A stretch of DNA of 64,000 nt from Candidatus Latescibacterota bacterium (GTDB taxonomy: Bacteria; Latescibacterota; UBA2968; UBA8231), in NCBI GenBank assembly GCA_965243025.1, contig CBDETY010000003.1, positions 2,368,001-2,432,000 of the forward strand. The letters are read 5' to 3'. This document shows, piece after piece, positions 47,326-57,537 of this stretch; position 1 is the stretch's first letter, and each line of letters begins with the position of its first letter. The notes under the pieces were generated by a model, which saw only the letters and a list, made by a program, of their open reading frames with translations, ran no database searches and was not told where the DNA came from. Made by a program: the position numbers and the translations under genes.

Positions 47326-49665
47326 ATGAACAACCAACCCTTCAATCGGAAACTCATCGTGTCCATCCTGGCGGTAATTCTGGTGTTATGCGTCCTCCCA
47401 GGAACCAGCCACGGCGGCGGCGTCGGCGATGTCATCGGAGGAATCGTCGAGGTCACGGTCGGCCTCGTGGAATTGACCGTCGGGATTGTCGAGATCGCCG
47501 TCGGGGTAATCGACCTTACCGTCAGCCTCCTTGCCACCCTCGCCTTGCATACGGCTGCCGTCACCGCCGCCATCATCAGCCCGGACGGCGCGACGCTGAT
47601 CAGCGCAAGTCTCGACCTGACAATTGCCCTGTGGGATCTCACGACCGGGGTGCTCGGGGCTACGCTGGAACATCTGTCTCCTGTCCTGAGCCTGGCCCTC
47701 TGCCCCCTCGATGGCTGCCTTCTGGCAAGCGGGACCGAGGACGGCAAGCTGCACCTGTGGAACCCCGACACCGGGCAGCTCATCAGAACGCTCATCGGGC
47801 ACACCGCCGCCGTGCTCAGCTCGGCTTTCAGTCCCGTCGACCACAGCCTGCTGGCAAGCAGCAGCGCGGACCGCACCATACGTCTCTGGGATGCGGTGAC
47901 GGGTACACACCAGCGGACCCTCACCGGGCATACCGACAGTGTCCTGAGCGTCGCCTTCAGTTCCACCGGCGACAAGCTGGCCAGCGGCAGCGCGGACGGC
48001 ACCATACGTCTCTGGAACCCAGGGACAGGTGCGCACCAACAGACACTCACCGGGCACACCGAAGCCGTCATGAGCCTTGCCTTCAGTTTCAGCGACAGCC
48101 TGCTGGCCAGTGGCAGCGAGGATGGAACGGTGCGGTTGTGGAACGCCCTCACCGGGGAGCACCTCGCCACTCTCGATCACAAGTCTCCTGTCCTGAGCGT
48201 GACCTTCGGTCCCGGCGACAGTCTGTTCGCCAGCGGCAGCGAGGACGGCAACGCGCGCTTGTGGGACCCCGCCGGGGAACTGTTGGCAACACTCGGGCAC
48301 GAGTCTCCGGTCCGCAGCGTGGCCTTCAGTCCCGACGGCAGCCTGCTGGTCAGCGGGGCGGAGGACGGCAAGGTGCGCCAGTGGCAGGTAAGGTCCGTCG
48401 CTAGTTGTTGTCCCCGGAATCCGGCGAACGATTTCGACACGATGAAGGCTGCCGGGAACGAATCGCCGCGAGGCATCTGGTCGGATGGAACCACCATGTG
48501 GGTTGTGGACGACTGGGACGACAAGCTGTACGCCTACGACATGGCATCAAGAGACCGGGATCCCGCCAGGGACTTCACTACCCTGGATGGGGCTGGAAAC
48601 AACAAACCATCCGGCATCTGGTCGGACGGAACCACCATGTGGGTCGCCGACTATTTCGACAGGAAGGTGTACGCCTACGACATGGCATCCGGTGCCCGGG
48701 ATTCCTCCGAGGATTTCAATACCCTGGATGCAGCCGGGAACACGAGGCCACAGGGCATCTGGTCCGACGGAACCACCATGTGGGTGGCCGACGACTGGGA
48801 CGAGAAACTGTACGCCTACGACAGGACATCAAAAGCCCGGGTACCGGCAAAGGATTTCGACACTGCCGGGAATCATTACCCCACGGGCCTCTGGTCGGAC
48901 GGAGCCAGTTTGTGGGTGGCCAACTACGCTGGATCAAAGTTGCATGCCTATGACCTGACCACCAAGGCCAGCGAACCGGACAAGGACTTTCTAACTCTGC
49001 GCTCGGCGGGAAACAATCTTCCGGTCGGCATCTGGTCTGACGGAACCACAATGTGGGTAACGGACGACTCCGACAGGAAGCTGTACGCCTACGACATGCC
49101 AACCGATGGGGAAAGACCGGTCGTGGACGCACCCCAAACCCCCGGTACTGGTACAACGACACCGCCTGCGCAAACCTCAGCGGCCACCGACTTCAACGGG
49201 GACGGCAAGACCGATTTCGTCGACTTCTTCGAGTTCATCGACGCCTTCGGCAGCACGGATTCCCGCTTCGACCTGGACGGCAACGGAACAGTGGATTTCG
49301 TGGACTTCTTCGAGTTCGTCGATGCCTTTGGCCAGGAGGAGCGCGCCAAGATGGTGGCGATAGCCCAGGAAATGATCGCTTTGCCGACTGAAACCCGGCT
49401 CCACCAGAATGCGCCCAACCCGTTCAACAGTGAAACGGTCATTTCCTGGTTCCTGTTGGAGCCGATGCCGGCGCAACTGGAGGTGTTTTCCCTGACCGGG
49501 CAAAGGGTTGCGGTCCTGCACCAGGGGCCTCGACAGGCCGGCCGCCACCGAATCCATTGGGACGGCAGGGATATCGGGGGCCGTCCCCTGGCCAGCGGGG
49601 TTTACCTGTACCGTCTGGTTACTGACGAAAGTGTCCTTACGAGGAAGCTCACCCTGCTGAGGTGA
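47326..49665 (+). CDS. Secreted WD40 + GIWSDG-repeat propeller + EF-hand/dockerin-like + FlgD-Ig/CTD-like tail
   Basis: Signal peptide, WD40 repeats, five PxG(I/L)WSDGxxxWV...K(L/V)xAYD repeats, same C-terminal cassette as the upstream gene. Confidence 0.82.
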   Translation: MNNQPFNRKLIVSILAVILVLCVLPGTSHGGGVGDVIGGIVEVTVGLVELTVGIVEIAVGVIDLTVSLLATLALHTAAVTAAIISPDGATLISASLDLTIALWDLTTGVLGATLEHLSPVLSLALCPLDGCLLASGTEDGKLHLWNPDTGQLIRTLIGHTAAVLSSAFSPVDHSLLASSSADRTIRLWDAVTGTHQRTLTGHTDSVLSVAFSSTGDKLASGSADGTIRLWNPGTGAHQQTLTGHTEAVMSLAFSFSDSLLASGSEDGTVRLWNALTGEHLATLDHKSPVLSVTFGPGDSLFASGSEDGNARLWDPAGELLATLGHESPVRSVAFSPDGSLLVSGAEDGKVRQWQVRSVASCCPRNPANDFDTMKAAGNESPRGIWSDGTTMWVVDDWDDKLYAYDMASRDRDPARDFTTLDGAGNNKPSGIWSDGTTMWVADYFDRKVYAYDMASGARDSSEDFNTLDAAGNTRPQGIWSDGTTMWVADDWDEKLYAYDRTSKARVPAKDFDTAGNHYPTGLWSDGASLWVANYAGSKLHAYDLTTKASEPDKDFLTLRSAGNNLPVGIWSDGTTMWVTDDSDRKLYAYDMPTDGERPVVDAPQTPGTGTTTPPAQTSAATDFNGDGKTDFVDFFEFIDAFGSTDSRFDLDGNGTVDFVDFFEFVDAFGQEERAKMVAIAQEMIALPTETRLHQNAPNPFNSETVISWFLLEPMPAQLEVFSLTGQRVAVLHQGPRQAGRHRIHWDGRDIGGRPLASGVYLYRLVTDESVLTRKLTLLR

Positions 49666-49810
49666 GAACAGGAGGACGTTCACTTAAGGAGGGATTTATG
49701 CCTTTTCGAGAATGGAAACCAAAATTCTGGTGTCTACATATTTGCACAGGACGTTCTACATTGGCATAAGCAGTAAGCAGGGTTCTTTCGAATCGACAGG
49801 AGAAACGTAT

Positions 49811-50497
49811 ATGCAGTGTTTTTTTCTGGTCTTCTGCCTGGCCGCGCTGGCATTGCACTCGCCGCTTTTCGCCCAGAAGATTGAAGATGTCATTCACTTG
49901 AAAAATGGAGAAACGGTTCGCGGCACCATCATCGAGCAGATTCCGGGCGAATCGCTGAAGATACAAACTGCCGACGGCAGTGTTTTCGTCTATACCATAT
50001 ATGAGATCGCCGAAATAAGCAGGGAACCTGTGATGAAAATGGAAGAGGGGTTCATCAAGGCCAGGAAGAAAAATCCCTGGCTTGCCTCCGGCCTGTCATT
50101 GTTGATTCCGGGTACGGGGCAATTTTACAACGACCAACAGAAAAAGGGTTTGCCCCAACTTGGCGTTGCACTTGCGGGAGCAGGGCTTATGTGGTGGGCG
50201 GTGCGGGATAATTATGAAACTTGGGAGAGTTATGAAAACAACCCTTCCTGGAACCCGCTCGATTGGATCGATGAGAATGGAAACGACAAGCTGTTCTATC
50301 TCGGGACTCCCCTCTGGTTAGGCAGCCTGGTCTGGTCGGTGGTTGATGCAAACCGCTCGGCCAACCGGATCAACCAGGAAGGCGAACAACCTGATTTCGG
50401 TCATCTGCTGGAGTTGGGTACCGACCGGGTCACACTTGGAGTGGATCCCGTCTTCGGGCCCTACGGACCGGGTGGGAAACTGATACTTCATTTTTGA
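49811..50497 (+). CDS. Hypothetical exported/membrane protein
   Basis: AGGAG RBS, signal peptide (LFAQ), DVIHLKNGETVRGTIIEQ small beta domain, KNPWLASGLSLLIPGTGQFYN (TM2/DUF5683-like). Confidence 0.7.
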   Translation: MQCFFLVFCLAALALHSPLFAQKIEDVIHLKNGETVRGTIIEQIPGESLKIQTADGSVFVYTIYEIAEISREPVMKMEEGFIKARKKNPWLASGLSLLIPGTGQFYNDQQKKGLPQLGVALAGAGLMWWAVRDNYETWESYENNPSWNPLDWIDENGNDKLFYLGTPLWLGSLVWSVVDANRSANRINQEGEQPDFGHLLELGTDRVTLGVDPVFGPYGPGGKLILHF

Positions 50498-50638
50498 TCT
50501 CCATTCAGGGGCGACTCTTCCATCCTGACCATGAGAGCGCAGGAAACCTCTTCATCTTTTTTCAGGAGCAGCCGGATTTGGAATGACTGACCGTCGATTG
50601 AAAATCCGTTTATCCAGTTACCCGCAAGGAGACAGTTT

Positions 50639-52528
50639 ATGAATTACTATGGTCTGATTTTGTTATTGGCCCTGAGCCTCGCCGCATGCAGAGGACCCCA
50701 GGGTCCCCCGGGCGGTGATGGCCAGATGGGCCCGATGGGCCCTACCGGCGACCAGGGTTCCCAGGGGGAAAAAGGAGAGCAGGGATCTCAAGGACCTCAA
50801 GGGGAAACGGGAGACCAGGGACCCCAGGGGGAAACTGGACCTCAGGGCCAACAGGGTTCCCAAGGGGAAAAAGGAGATCAGGGACCCCAAGGGCCTCAGG
50901 GGGAAACAGGACAGCAAGGACCTCAAGGAGAAACCGGGGAACAGGGACCTCGAGGACCCCAGGGGGAAACAGGACCTCAAGGGCCTCAAGGGGAAACTGG
51001 AGAACAGGGACCTCAAGGAACCCAGGGGGAAACAGGACAGCAAGGGCCTCAAGGAGAAACCGGGGAACAGGGATCTCAAGGACCCCAGGGGGAAACAGGA
51101 CAGCAAGGACCCCAAGGTGACCCAGGACCTGAGGGACCCCAGGGACCGGAGGGATCTCCAGGCGAGCAAGGACCTCCAGGTGACCCGGGACCTGAAGGAC
51201 CCCAGGGACCGGAGGGATCTCCAGGCGAGCAGGGACCTCCAGGTGACTCAGGACCTGAAGGACCCCAGGGACCGGAGGGACCTCCAGGGGAACAAGGACC
51301 TGAGGGACCTCAAGGGCCCGGCGGTGGCGAACAAGGGCCCCCGGGACCTCCCGGCCCCGAAGGGCCCCAGGGACCTCCTGGCGAACAAGGACCTGAAGGC
51401 GAGCGAGGACCGGAAGGACCTGAAGGACCCGAGGGACCTCAAGGCGAGCGAGGACCTGAAGGACTGGAGGGACCGGAAGGGCCAGAGGGGCCCCAGGGCG
51501 AGCGAGGGCCGGAAGGACCGGAAGGACCTCAAGGACCTGCAGGGTCCGGAGGCGGCCAAGGGGGGCAGGAACCTCCCGTCTTCGAGGCCACGGGGGACAG
51601 CGCCGCTCTGGTAGCGCTTTACTATGCGGCGGGTGGGGATGCCTGGACGCAAAAGTCCGGGTGGCTCAGCTCGGCTCCCATCAGCAGATGGTACGGAGTC
51701 ACTACCAACCCCAGCGGCCGCCAGGTACTTCGCCTGGACCTGTCAGAGAATGCGTTGTGGGGGCCAATTCCCCCCGAATTTGCCAACCTCCCCTACCTGG
51801 AATTCCTGGACCTCTCCGATAACGGTTTGCGGGAGGAAATTCCACCGGAACTGGCAAACCTGGAAAACCTGGAAGTTCTGAATCTTTCAAACAACGATTT
51901 GCAGGGGGAGATTCCGCCGGAACTGGCAAACCTCGAAAACCTGGAAATCCTCGGCCTGTTCGGCAACGATTTGCAGGGGGAAATTCCCCCGGAACTGGGA
52001 GACCTCAACAATTTGAAAGCACTGTCCCTGGGTTTCAACAGGTTGGAAGGAGAAATTCCACCGGAGCTGGCAAACCTCGAGAACCTGGAGTTCCTGAACC
52101 TGAGCAATAACCGGTTCGAGGGAATTCTGCCGGATTTTCTGGCGGATTTCCCCAACCTGGAAGACCTGTTTCTCGGTGGAAACACCCAACTGAATGGATG
52201 CTTGCCCGAAGGGGCGTCGGTGCCGTTCTGCACACAGCCAGGCAACCTCAATGCAAGGCGGGAAAACGGCACTACAGTCCTCACTTGGGATCCTGTGGAA
52301 GGGGCTACCCACTATAATATTTACTATGAGGATTTCTGGGGTGAATGCTCCGTGACTTCTGGTGGTGTAACCGGCAGCTTCGCGTGTGATTTAGTGGTTG
52401 CCGACATCTTTGAGACGACCTACACACACACCGTCAGGGAGGACGATGATGCAGAGTACTGGGTTGCTGCCTGTAACGACGACGGGTGCTCCCCGATATA
52501 CAGAACTGATTCGGGAGCCAGTCCTTAG
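50639..52528 (+). CDS. Collagen-like lipoprotein with LRR and C-terminal FnIII-like domain
   Basis: Lipobox LAAC, about 280 aa Gly-X-Y, plant-type LRR ([16 protein letters not shown]), [15 protein letters not shown]...YWVAACN. Confidence 0.85.
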   Translation: MNYYGLILLLALSLAACRGPQGPPGGDGQMGPMGPTGDQGSQGEKGEQGSQGPQGETGDQGPQGETGPQGQQGSQGEKGDQGPQGPQGETGQQGPQGETGEQGPRGPQGETGPQGPQGETGEQGPQGTQGETGQQGPQGETGEQGSQGPQGETGQQGPQGDPGPEGPQGPEGSPGEQGPPGDPGPEGPQGPEGSPGEQGPPGDSGPEGPQGPEGPPGEQGPEGPQGPGGGEQGPPGPPGPEGPQGPPGEQGPEGERGPEGPEGPEGPQGERGPEGLEGPEGPEGPQGERGPEGPEGPQGPAGSGGGQGGQEPPVFEATGDSAALVALYYAAGGDAWTQKSGWLSSAPISRWYGVTTNPSGRQVLRLDLSENALWGPIPPEFANLPYLEFLDLSDNGLREEIPPELANLENLEVLNLSNNDLQGEIPPELANLENLEILGLFGNDLQGEIPPELGDLNNLKALSLGFNRLEGEIPPELANLENLEFLNLSNNRFEGILPDFLADFPNLEDLFLGGNTQLNGCLPEGASVPFCTQPGNLNARRENGTTVLTWDPVEGATHYNIYYEDFWGECSVTSGGVTGSFACDLVVADIFETTYTHTVREDDDAEYWVAACNDDGCSPIYRTDSGASP

Positions 52529-52748
52529 GATTTCTTTGGAGAAAAAGGGGCGTCTCGTCCGAACGATATCGCAGGCCCAATCACCAAAATTTGCCGGATG
52601 AGAACGCCTCTTCCCTGTTGGACCGATTTCGCATAACCCTCACCCGGGGTTTGTGAAACCACGTGATGAAACCAAACATGGATTCCAACCGAACTTCCAG
52701 GGAGACCTTTTCATCAGGTACTCCTTGCACCGGAAAGGAGGAAAGGCA

Positions 52749-53876
52749 ATGAATTACCTTGTCATTTCTTCGTTGATTGTTTTCGCCCTCGCCGCCTGCG
52801 AAGGGCCTCCGGGACCGATGGGCCCTCAAGGGCCCATGGGCGAGCAGGGTCCGTCAGGGCCACAGGGTCCTCAAGGGCCTGAGGGACCACAGGGAGAAGG
52901 TGAACAAGGACCTCCAGGGCCCCAGGGACCCCCGGGACCGCAAGGGCCTTCTGGATCCCCGGTGGAAACCGGTGAACAGGGACCTTCGGCCTCCCCTGCC
53001 ATGTCGGACAGCACCGTGCTGGTTGCGTTCTACCACGCCACGGGCGGAGAAAGCTGGAAGGACAACACCAACTGGTTGGGTGAGGCCCCCATCAGTGAAT
53101 GGTACGGTGTCACCACCAACCCGGGCGGCCGCTACGTAACCCGGCTCGATCTTTCGCAGAACGGGTTGTGGGGAACGATCCCGGCTGAACTGGGAAACCT
53201 CCCTTACCTCGAACTCCTCAGCCTGCACAGCAACGAGCTCCGGGGGGAGGTTCCGGCGGAACTGGCCAACCTTGCCAACCTGGAAATCCTGGGCCTGGAG
53301 AACAACAGGCTGCAGGGGGAAGTCCCGTCGGGATTGGGCCAGCTTGACAACCTGCTCGCGCTGGCCCTGGGGAACAACAAGCTGCAGGGAGAGATTCCAG
53401 CGGAACTGGGAAACCTCGACAACCTGGAGTACCTGAGCCTCAACAACAACCGGTTGGAAGGAGTGGTCCCGTCCGAACTTGCCGACCTCAAATACCTGCA
53501 ATCCCTGTTTCTCGACGGAAACAACCAACTGAACGGATGCCTGCCCGAGGGGGCTTCGATCTCTTACTGCACAAGCCCTGGAACCCAGCGATTCAGATGG
53601 GAGGAGGAAACGATAGTCATCAGCTGGGAACCCGTGGAAAGGGCGACCCACTACAATATCTACTGGGACGATTTCTTCACATCCTGCCGTCTGGAGCAAA
53701 GCGGTGAACCGAGCTGGTGCGAGGAACTTGCAAAAAAGGTTTCCGGGACGACCTACGTTCATACCGATCCACCGGAACCAGGCCTGTTCGACATCAACTA
53801 CTGGATCACTGCCTGCAACGGCGATGGTTGCTCGAAGATCGACACTGAAAACCCGGCCAGGTCTTCGAACCAGTAG
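52749..53876 (+). CDS. Short-collagen lipoprotein with LRR and FnIII-like domain (paralog of upstream gene)
   Basis: AAGGAGG upstream, lipobox LAAC, short Gly-[10 protein letters not shown], LRRs, [15 protein letters not shown]...YWITACN. Confidence 0.85.
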   Translation: MNYLVISSLIVFALAACEGPPGPMGPQGPMGEQGPSGPQGPQGPEGPQGEGEQGPPGPQGPPGPQGPSGSPVETGEQGPSASPAMSDSTVLVAFYHATGGESWKDNTNWLGEAPISEWYGVTTNPGGRYVTRLDLSQNGLWGTIPAELGNLPYLELLSLHSNELRGEVPAELANLANLEILGLENNRLQGEVPSGLGQLDNLLALALGNNKLQGEIPAELGNLDNLEYLSLNNNRLEGVVPSELADLKYLQSLFLDGNNQLNGCLPEGASISYCTSPGTQRFRWEEETIVISWEPVERATHYNIYWDDFFTSCRLEQSGEPSWCEELAKKVSGTTYVHTDPPEPGLFDINYWITACNGDGCSKIDTENPARSSNQ

Positions 53877-53937
53877 AAAACAAACTTTCAAGAAGGTGCA
53901 TCGGAAAACCAGCCCTTCATCTGAAAGGAAGGATGCA

Positions 53938-54888
53938 ATGAAATATCCGGCGTTTTTCTTGTTACTCGCTTTTGCCTTCTCTGCATGCACCGGCCCCCGG
54001 GGGGAACAGGGTCCGATGGGACCTCAAGGTCCCCAAGGAGAAAAGGGAGAACCAGGACCAGCCGGGCCAGAAGGACCGGCGGGGGCACAAGGGGAAACGG
54101 GGGGACAGGGACCCCAGGGAGAACCTGGCCCAGCCGGTTCGAACAATGGAGGATCCGCGCAGAGCATGCTGTACTGGACCGACACCGGCGCGGGCAAGAT
54201 TCACCGCGCAAACCTCGACGGTTCCGAAGTTGAAACCATCGTCTCCGGATTGGAAGATCCGGAGGGCATTGCCCTCGACGCGGAGGCAGGCAAGGTCTAC
54301 TGGACGGAACAGGAGAGCGTTAAACGGGCAAACCTCGATGGCTCCCAGGTCGAAAGCCTCGGAACCGTATCGGGCAGCGACATCGCTTTGGACGTGGCTG
54401 GCGGCAGGTCGTACCTGGGGAACTGGAAAGAAACAATCTACCGCACGGGCCTCGGCGGCTCCCCGGTCGAAACCCTTCTCACCGATGCCGGTGCATCAGA
54501 GGTCATCGCCCTGGATCTGAGAAAGGGCAAGATGTACTGGGCAGGCTGGAGGGGAGAAGAAATCAGGCGGGCAAACCTCGACGGGTCCGAGGACGAAACC
54601 ATCATCACCGGGGCGGCGCGTGTGTACGACCTTGCCATCGACGAGGGCGGAGGCAAGATATACTCCGCAGGGTGGGACGGGATTCTTCGAGCCAACCTCG
54701 ATGGATCCCAGGTCGAAACCTTTTTCCCCGGAAGTTTCAAGGGCGTTGCCCTCGACGTGGGCGGTGGCAAGATATACTGGACGGATTGGATTGAAGGCAA
54801 CATTCAGCGGGGCAATTTCGATGGCTCCCAGGTAGAAACAATCGTCTCCGGACTGGATGAACCTCACGATGTCGCTTTGGGTCCCTGA
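53938..54888 (+). CDS. Short-collagen lipoprotein with YWTD propeller
   Basis: Lipobox FSAC, Gly-X-Y, LYWTD/VYWTE/IYWTD and RANLDGS repeats. Confidence 0.85.
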   Translation: MKYPAFFLLLAFAFSACTGPRGEQGPMGPQGPQGEKGEPGPAGPEGPAGAQGETGGQGPQGEPGPAGSNNGGSAQSMLYWTDTGAGKIHRANLDGSEVETIVSGLEDPEGIALDAEAGKVYWTEQESVKRANLDGSQVESLGTVSGSDIALDVAGGRSYLGNWKETIYRTGLGGSPVETLLTDAGASEVIALDLRKGKMYWAGWRGEEIRRANLDGSEDETIITGAARVYDLAIDEGGGKIYSAGWDGILRANLDGSQVETFFPGSFKGVALDVGGGKIYWTDWIEGNIQRGNFDGSQVETIVSGLDEPHDVALGP

Positions 54889-54979
54889 ACCCGGCATGAG
54901 CGGGAATAACCAGGAATGCTGCAGGTGAACCCAGGCCGTTTGCGAATTTTCCGACGGCAATCCTGAACCCTGTGGAATC

Positions 54980-56554
54980 ATGAGAAAGCAGCTCATCTTC
55001 CCAATCTTTGTTGCAGTAGCCGCTTTGAGCTGTTTCCCGAGGTACCTCGGGGCCCGGACAGATGTCGATGTCCTCTCCGAAAGCATCGTCCGTGTTCGGG
55101 CGTACGACAATAACCAGGTTGCCGTCGAGGGAGCCGGGTTTGTCGTCAACGAAATGGGACATGTCCTTACGAATGCCCATCTCATTGAGAAAGCGGAGAG
55201 AGTAACGGTATTGTCCCTGAAAACGGACGCCGAGGCAATTCCCGGGCAGGTGTTCGCAGACCGGGAAACAAACCTCGCCCTTTTGCAAACAGAGAATTTG
55301 AACCTCCCCCACCTCAGGCTGTCCGAAAGGGCAGCCGGTGCAGGCCAAACCGTCCGGACGCTGCGCTTCGGCGTCATGGGGGACGTCTCGCTTTCCCAGG
55401 GAACCGTAAGCGCCTGGGAAACCATTTTCGAAAAGAAGGCAGGACGGCCCGTCGGGCGCCTGCTGCAACACAATGCCTTGATAACAGGAAAAGCCTTCGG
55501 CACGCCCTTGTTCAACGAATGCGGAGACGTGGTGGCAATCAACATGCCGAACCCACGCGGCGAGCCTTGGCCGTTTCGAACAGCGAAGCCGAAAGGAGCG
55601 GTTTTTGCCTTGAGCAGCAAAGACATGGTGGCTGCTCTCGACGACCGGAAAATCCCGCATCAGGCGGTAAATACTGAATGCCTGGGTGCACTCGAGCGGG
55701 CCGAACGCGACAAACTGGCCACCGAGGACAGCCTGAAACTGGCAAGGGCGGAAGCCGACTCGGCGATAAAGGCCGCATCAGAAGCCGGGGAGAAGGAGAA
55801 GGCGGCCCGGCAAGAGGCTGAAAGGGTTATAGCCCGGGCGGACGCTGCAAAAAGGGCCGCTGCCCGGAGCATTCAGGCTGCCAGAGCCCAGGCGGAGAGT
55901 CTGAAAAGAGCGACAACGCGGGCGGTCACCGCGGTAAAAGCTGCGCCCGATGGCCCGCAGGCTTCCAAGGTTCAAACGGACAGCCTGGAGACAGGGAAAG
56001 CGTTCCCCGATGCGGCGACTGATGAGATCTCCGGCAGCAGCGAACAACCTGCCCGGGAGATCCCGCTGAGCTTGAAGTGGGGAATTCCAATCGGGGGAGC
56101 CGTTGTGTTGCTCACCCTGCTCGGCTGGTTGCTTGCTACCCACCGTAGAAAGGAACAGCTGCGAAGCGCCGAGTCCCGTTTGAGCGCAGCGCACCAGGCT
56201 GCGGCGGCCGCACCGAAGCCGGCGCCTTTCAGATGCCTGCTGGAAGGCCGGGACAGCTCCGGCCGGGAATTCGCATTGACCATATCGGCCCTGGCGCTGG
56301 GTGATCCGGCCGGTGTAACGCTTGGGAGGAGTCCGGCGAATGCCGATTTCGTCGTCGATCACGATGAAGTCTCCCGCGAACACGTCCGCCTCAGGTGCAC
56401 TGGCCCCACCCTCTACGCGGAGGATTTGAACGCCCTGAACGGGACCAGGGTAAATGGCCGTTTGCTGAATCAGGAGGAAAGGGTGCCCCTGCAAAACGGG
56501 GATCGGCTCGAGACAGGCCCGATTGTTTTCTCCGTGCTCCTGGTCCAGGAGTGA
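54980..56554 (+). CDS. Trypsin-like (probably inactive) domain + coiled coil + TM + cytoplasmic FHA domain
   Basis: GAGFVV...LTNAH, NLALL, KAFGTPLFNECGDVVAIN, TM GIPIGGAVVLLTLLGWLL, FHA motifs LGRS..VSREH..DLNALNGTRVNG. Confidence 0.8.
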   Translation: MRKQLIFPIFVAVAALSCFPRYLGARTDVDVLSESIVRVRAYDNNQVAVEGAGFVVNEMGHVLTNAHLIEKAERVTVLSLKTDAEAIPGQVFADRETNLALLQTENLNLPHLRLSERAAGAGQTVRTLRFGVMGDVSLSQGTVSAWETIFEKKAGRPVGRLLQHNALITGKAFGTPLFNECGDVVAINMPNPRGEPWPFRTAKPKGAVFALSSKDMVAALDDRKIPHQAVNTECLGALERAERDKLATEDSLKLARAEADSAIKAASEAGEKEKAARQEAERVIARADAAKRAAARSIQAARAQAESLKRATTRAVTAVKAAPDGPQASKVQTDSLETGKAFPDAATDEISGSSEQPAREIPLSLKWGIPIGGAVVLLTLLGWLLATHRRKEQLRSAESRLSAAHQAAAAAPKPAPFRCLLEGRDSSGREFALTISALALGDPAGVTLGRSPANADFVVDHDEVSREHVRLRCTGPTLYAEDLNALNGTRVNGRLLNQEERVPLQNGDRLETGPIVFSVLLVQE

Positions 56555-56560
56555 GTTGAA

Positions 56561-57511
56561 ATGAAAAGACGCAGACCCGAACTGACGATTTTCAGTATGT
56601 CCGCGCTCGATCTGCTCGCATCGGCCCTCGGTGCTTTCATCCTGATAACCGTAGTGCTTATCCCCCTGTTCCCGAACCTGGAAATCCTGGGTCAGGTGAG
56701 GGGCGAGTTGGCCCAGAAAAAAACCGAGTTGGAACAGACCAGGGAAGATCTCGACCTGGCAATGGCCGAATTGGACCGGAAGAAATCCGAATTCCAGTTG
56801 GACAAGGAGAAATCGGAGCGGGAAAGGACTCAACTGGAGCAGAAGAACGTCGAGCTGAAACGGGAAAAGGCCGGACTCGAGCAGAAAAAGGCATTGGCCC
56901 GGCAGACCAGAACCGAACTTGTAGAACAGATCCAGGCGTTACAACAAAAGATTGACGACACCAGTGTCCTGCTCGGCATAAGGACAATCGCCAGGAAATT
57001 CGTTTTCGTCATCGATATGTCGGGCAGCATTTACCACCCCGGGGAGCACGACTACCGCCAGTTCATAAGGCTGTCCATACAAGACATGCTCGCTTCCTTC
57101 AAATCCGAAATAGAAGTCTGCCTGATCGGTTTTCAGACTCCTGAACGGGGAACAACCTTGCATTTCTGGCCCGAGAACAAGGAATACTTCCAGGTCGGGA
57201 AGGATGCACATGATCAACTGATTGAAAAGGTAAACGACTGGATGGGAATGGTAGACGGCGTCACCCCTACCCGGGCGGCGTTGCTGGAGGCCATTGCCCT
57301 GCAACCTGAGGAAATCATCCTTCTGAGCGACGGGGCTCCCTCGGAGGACTGGCGCACGGTGGTGCGAGCCGTAACCGCCGAAAACAGGCAGAGAATACCC
57401 ATACACGCAGTAGCCGTGGGAAATTACACCGCGGACCGGAAGTTCATTGATTTCCTCGTGAATCTGACAAAGCAGAACAACGGGTACGTGGTGGGAGCAA
57501 AACCGGGCTGA
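56561..57511 (+). CDS. Membrane-anchored vWA domain protein with ExbD/MotB-like N-terminal TM and coiled coil
   Basis: MKRRR..FSMSALDLLASALGAFILI (TM with Asp), coiled coil, MIDAS VIDMSGS, TPT, LLSDGAP, IHAVAVG. Confidence 0.8.
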   Translation: MKRRRPELTIFSMSALDLLASALGAFILITVVLIPLFPNLEILGQVRGELAQKKTELEQTREDLDLAMAELDRKKSEFQLDKEKSERERTQLEQKNVELKREKAGLEQKKALARQTRTELVEQIQALQQKIDDTSVLLGIRTIARKFVFVIDMSGSIYHPGEHDYRQFIRLSIQDMLASFKSEIEVCLIGFQTPERGTTLHFWPENKEYFQVGKDAHDQLIEKVNDWMGMVDGVTPTRAALLEAIALQPEEIILLSDGAPSEDWRTVVRAVTAENRQRIPIHAVAVGNYTADRKFIDFLVNLTKQNNGYVVGAKPG

Positions 57512-57537
57512 CATGTACGGCTGAGAGGAGAAGGAGA

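Noticed and set aside
46830-49665. Diversity-generating retroelement TR/VR pair in the duplicated C-terminal cassettes or YWTD blocks
   Set aside because: Both copies are coding, differences are not confined to adenines, and no reverse transcriptase is present in the window.
50690-51560. Short periodic DNA repeats as a possible CRISPR or non-coding satellite
   Set aside because: They are in-frame Gly-X-Y collagen codons with no unique spacers.
54885-54915. REP-like hairpin CCCGGCATGAGCGGGAAT after the YWTD lipoprotein
   Set aside because: Single imperfect copy in the window; insufficient support.
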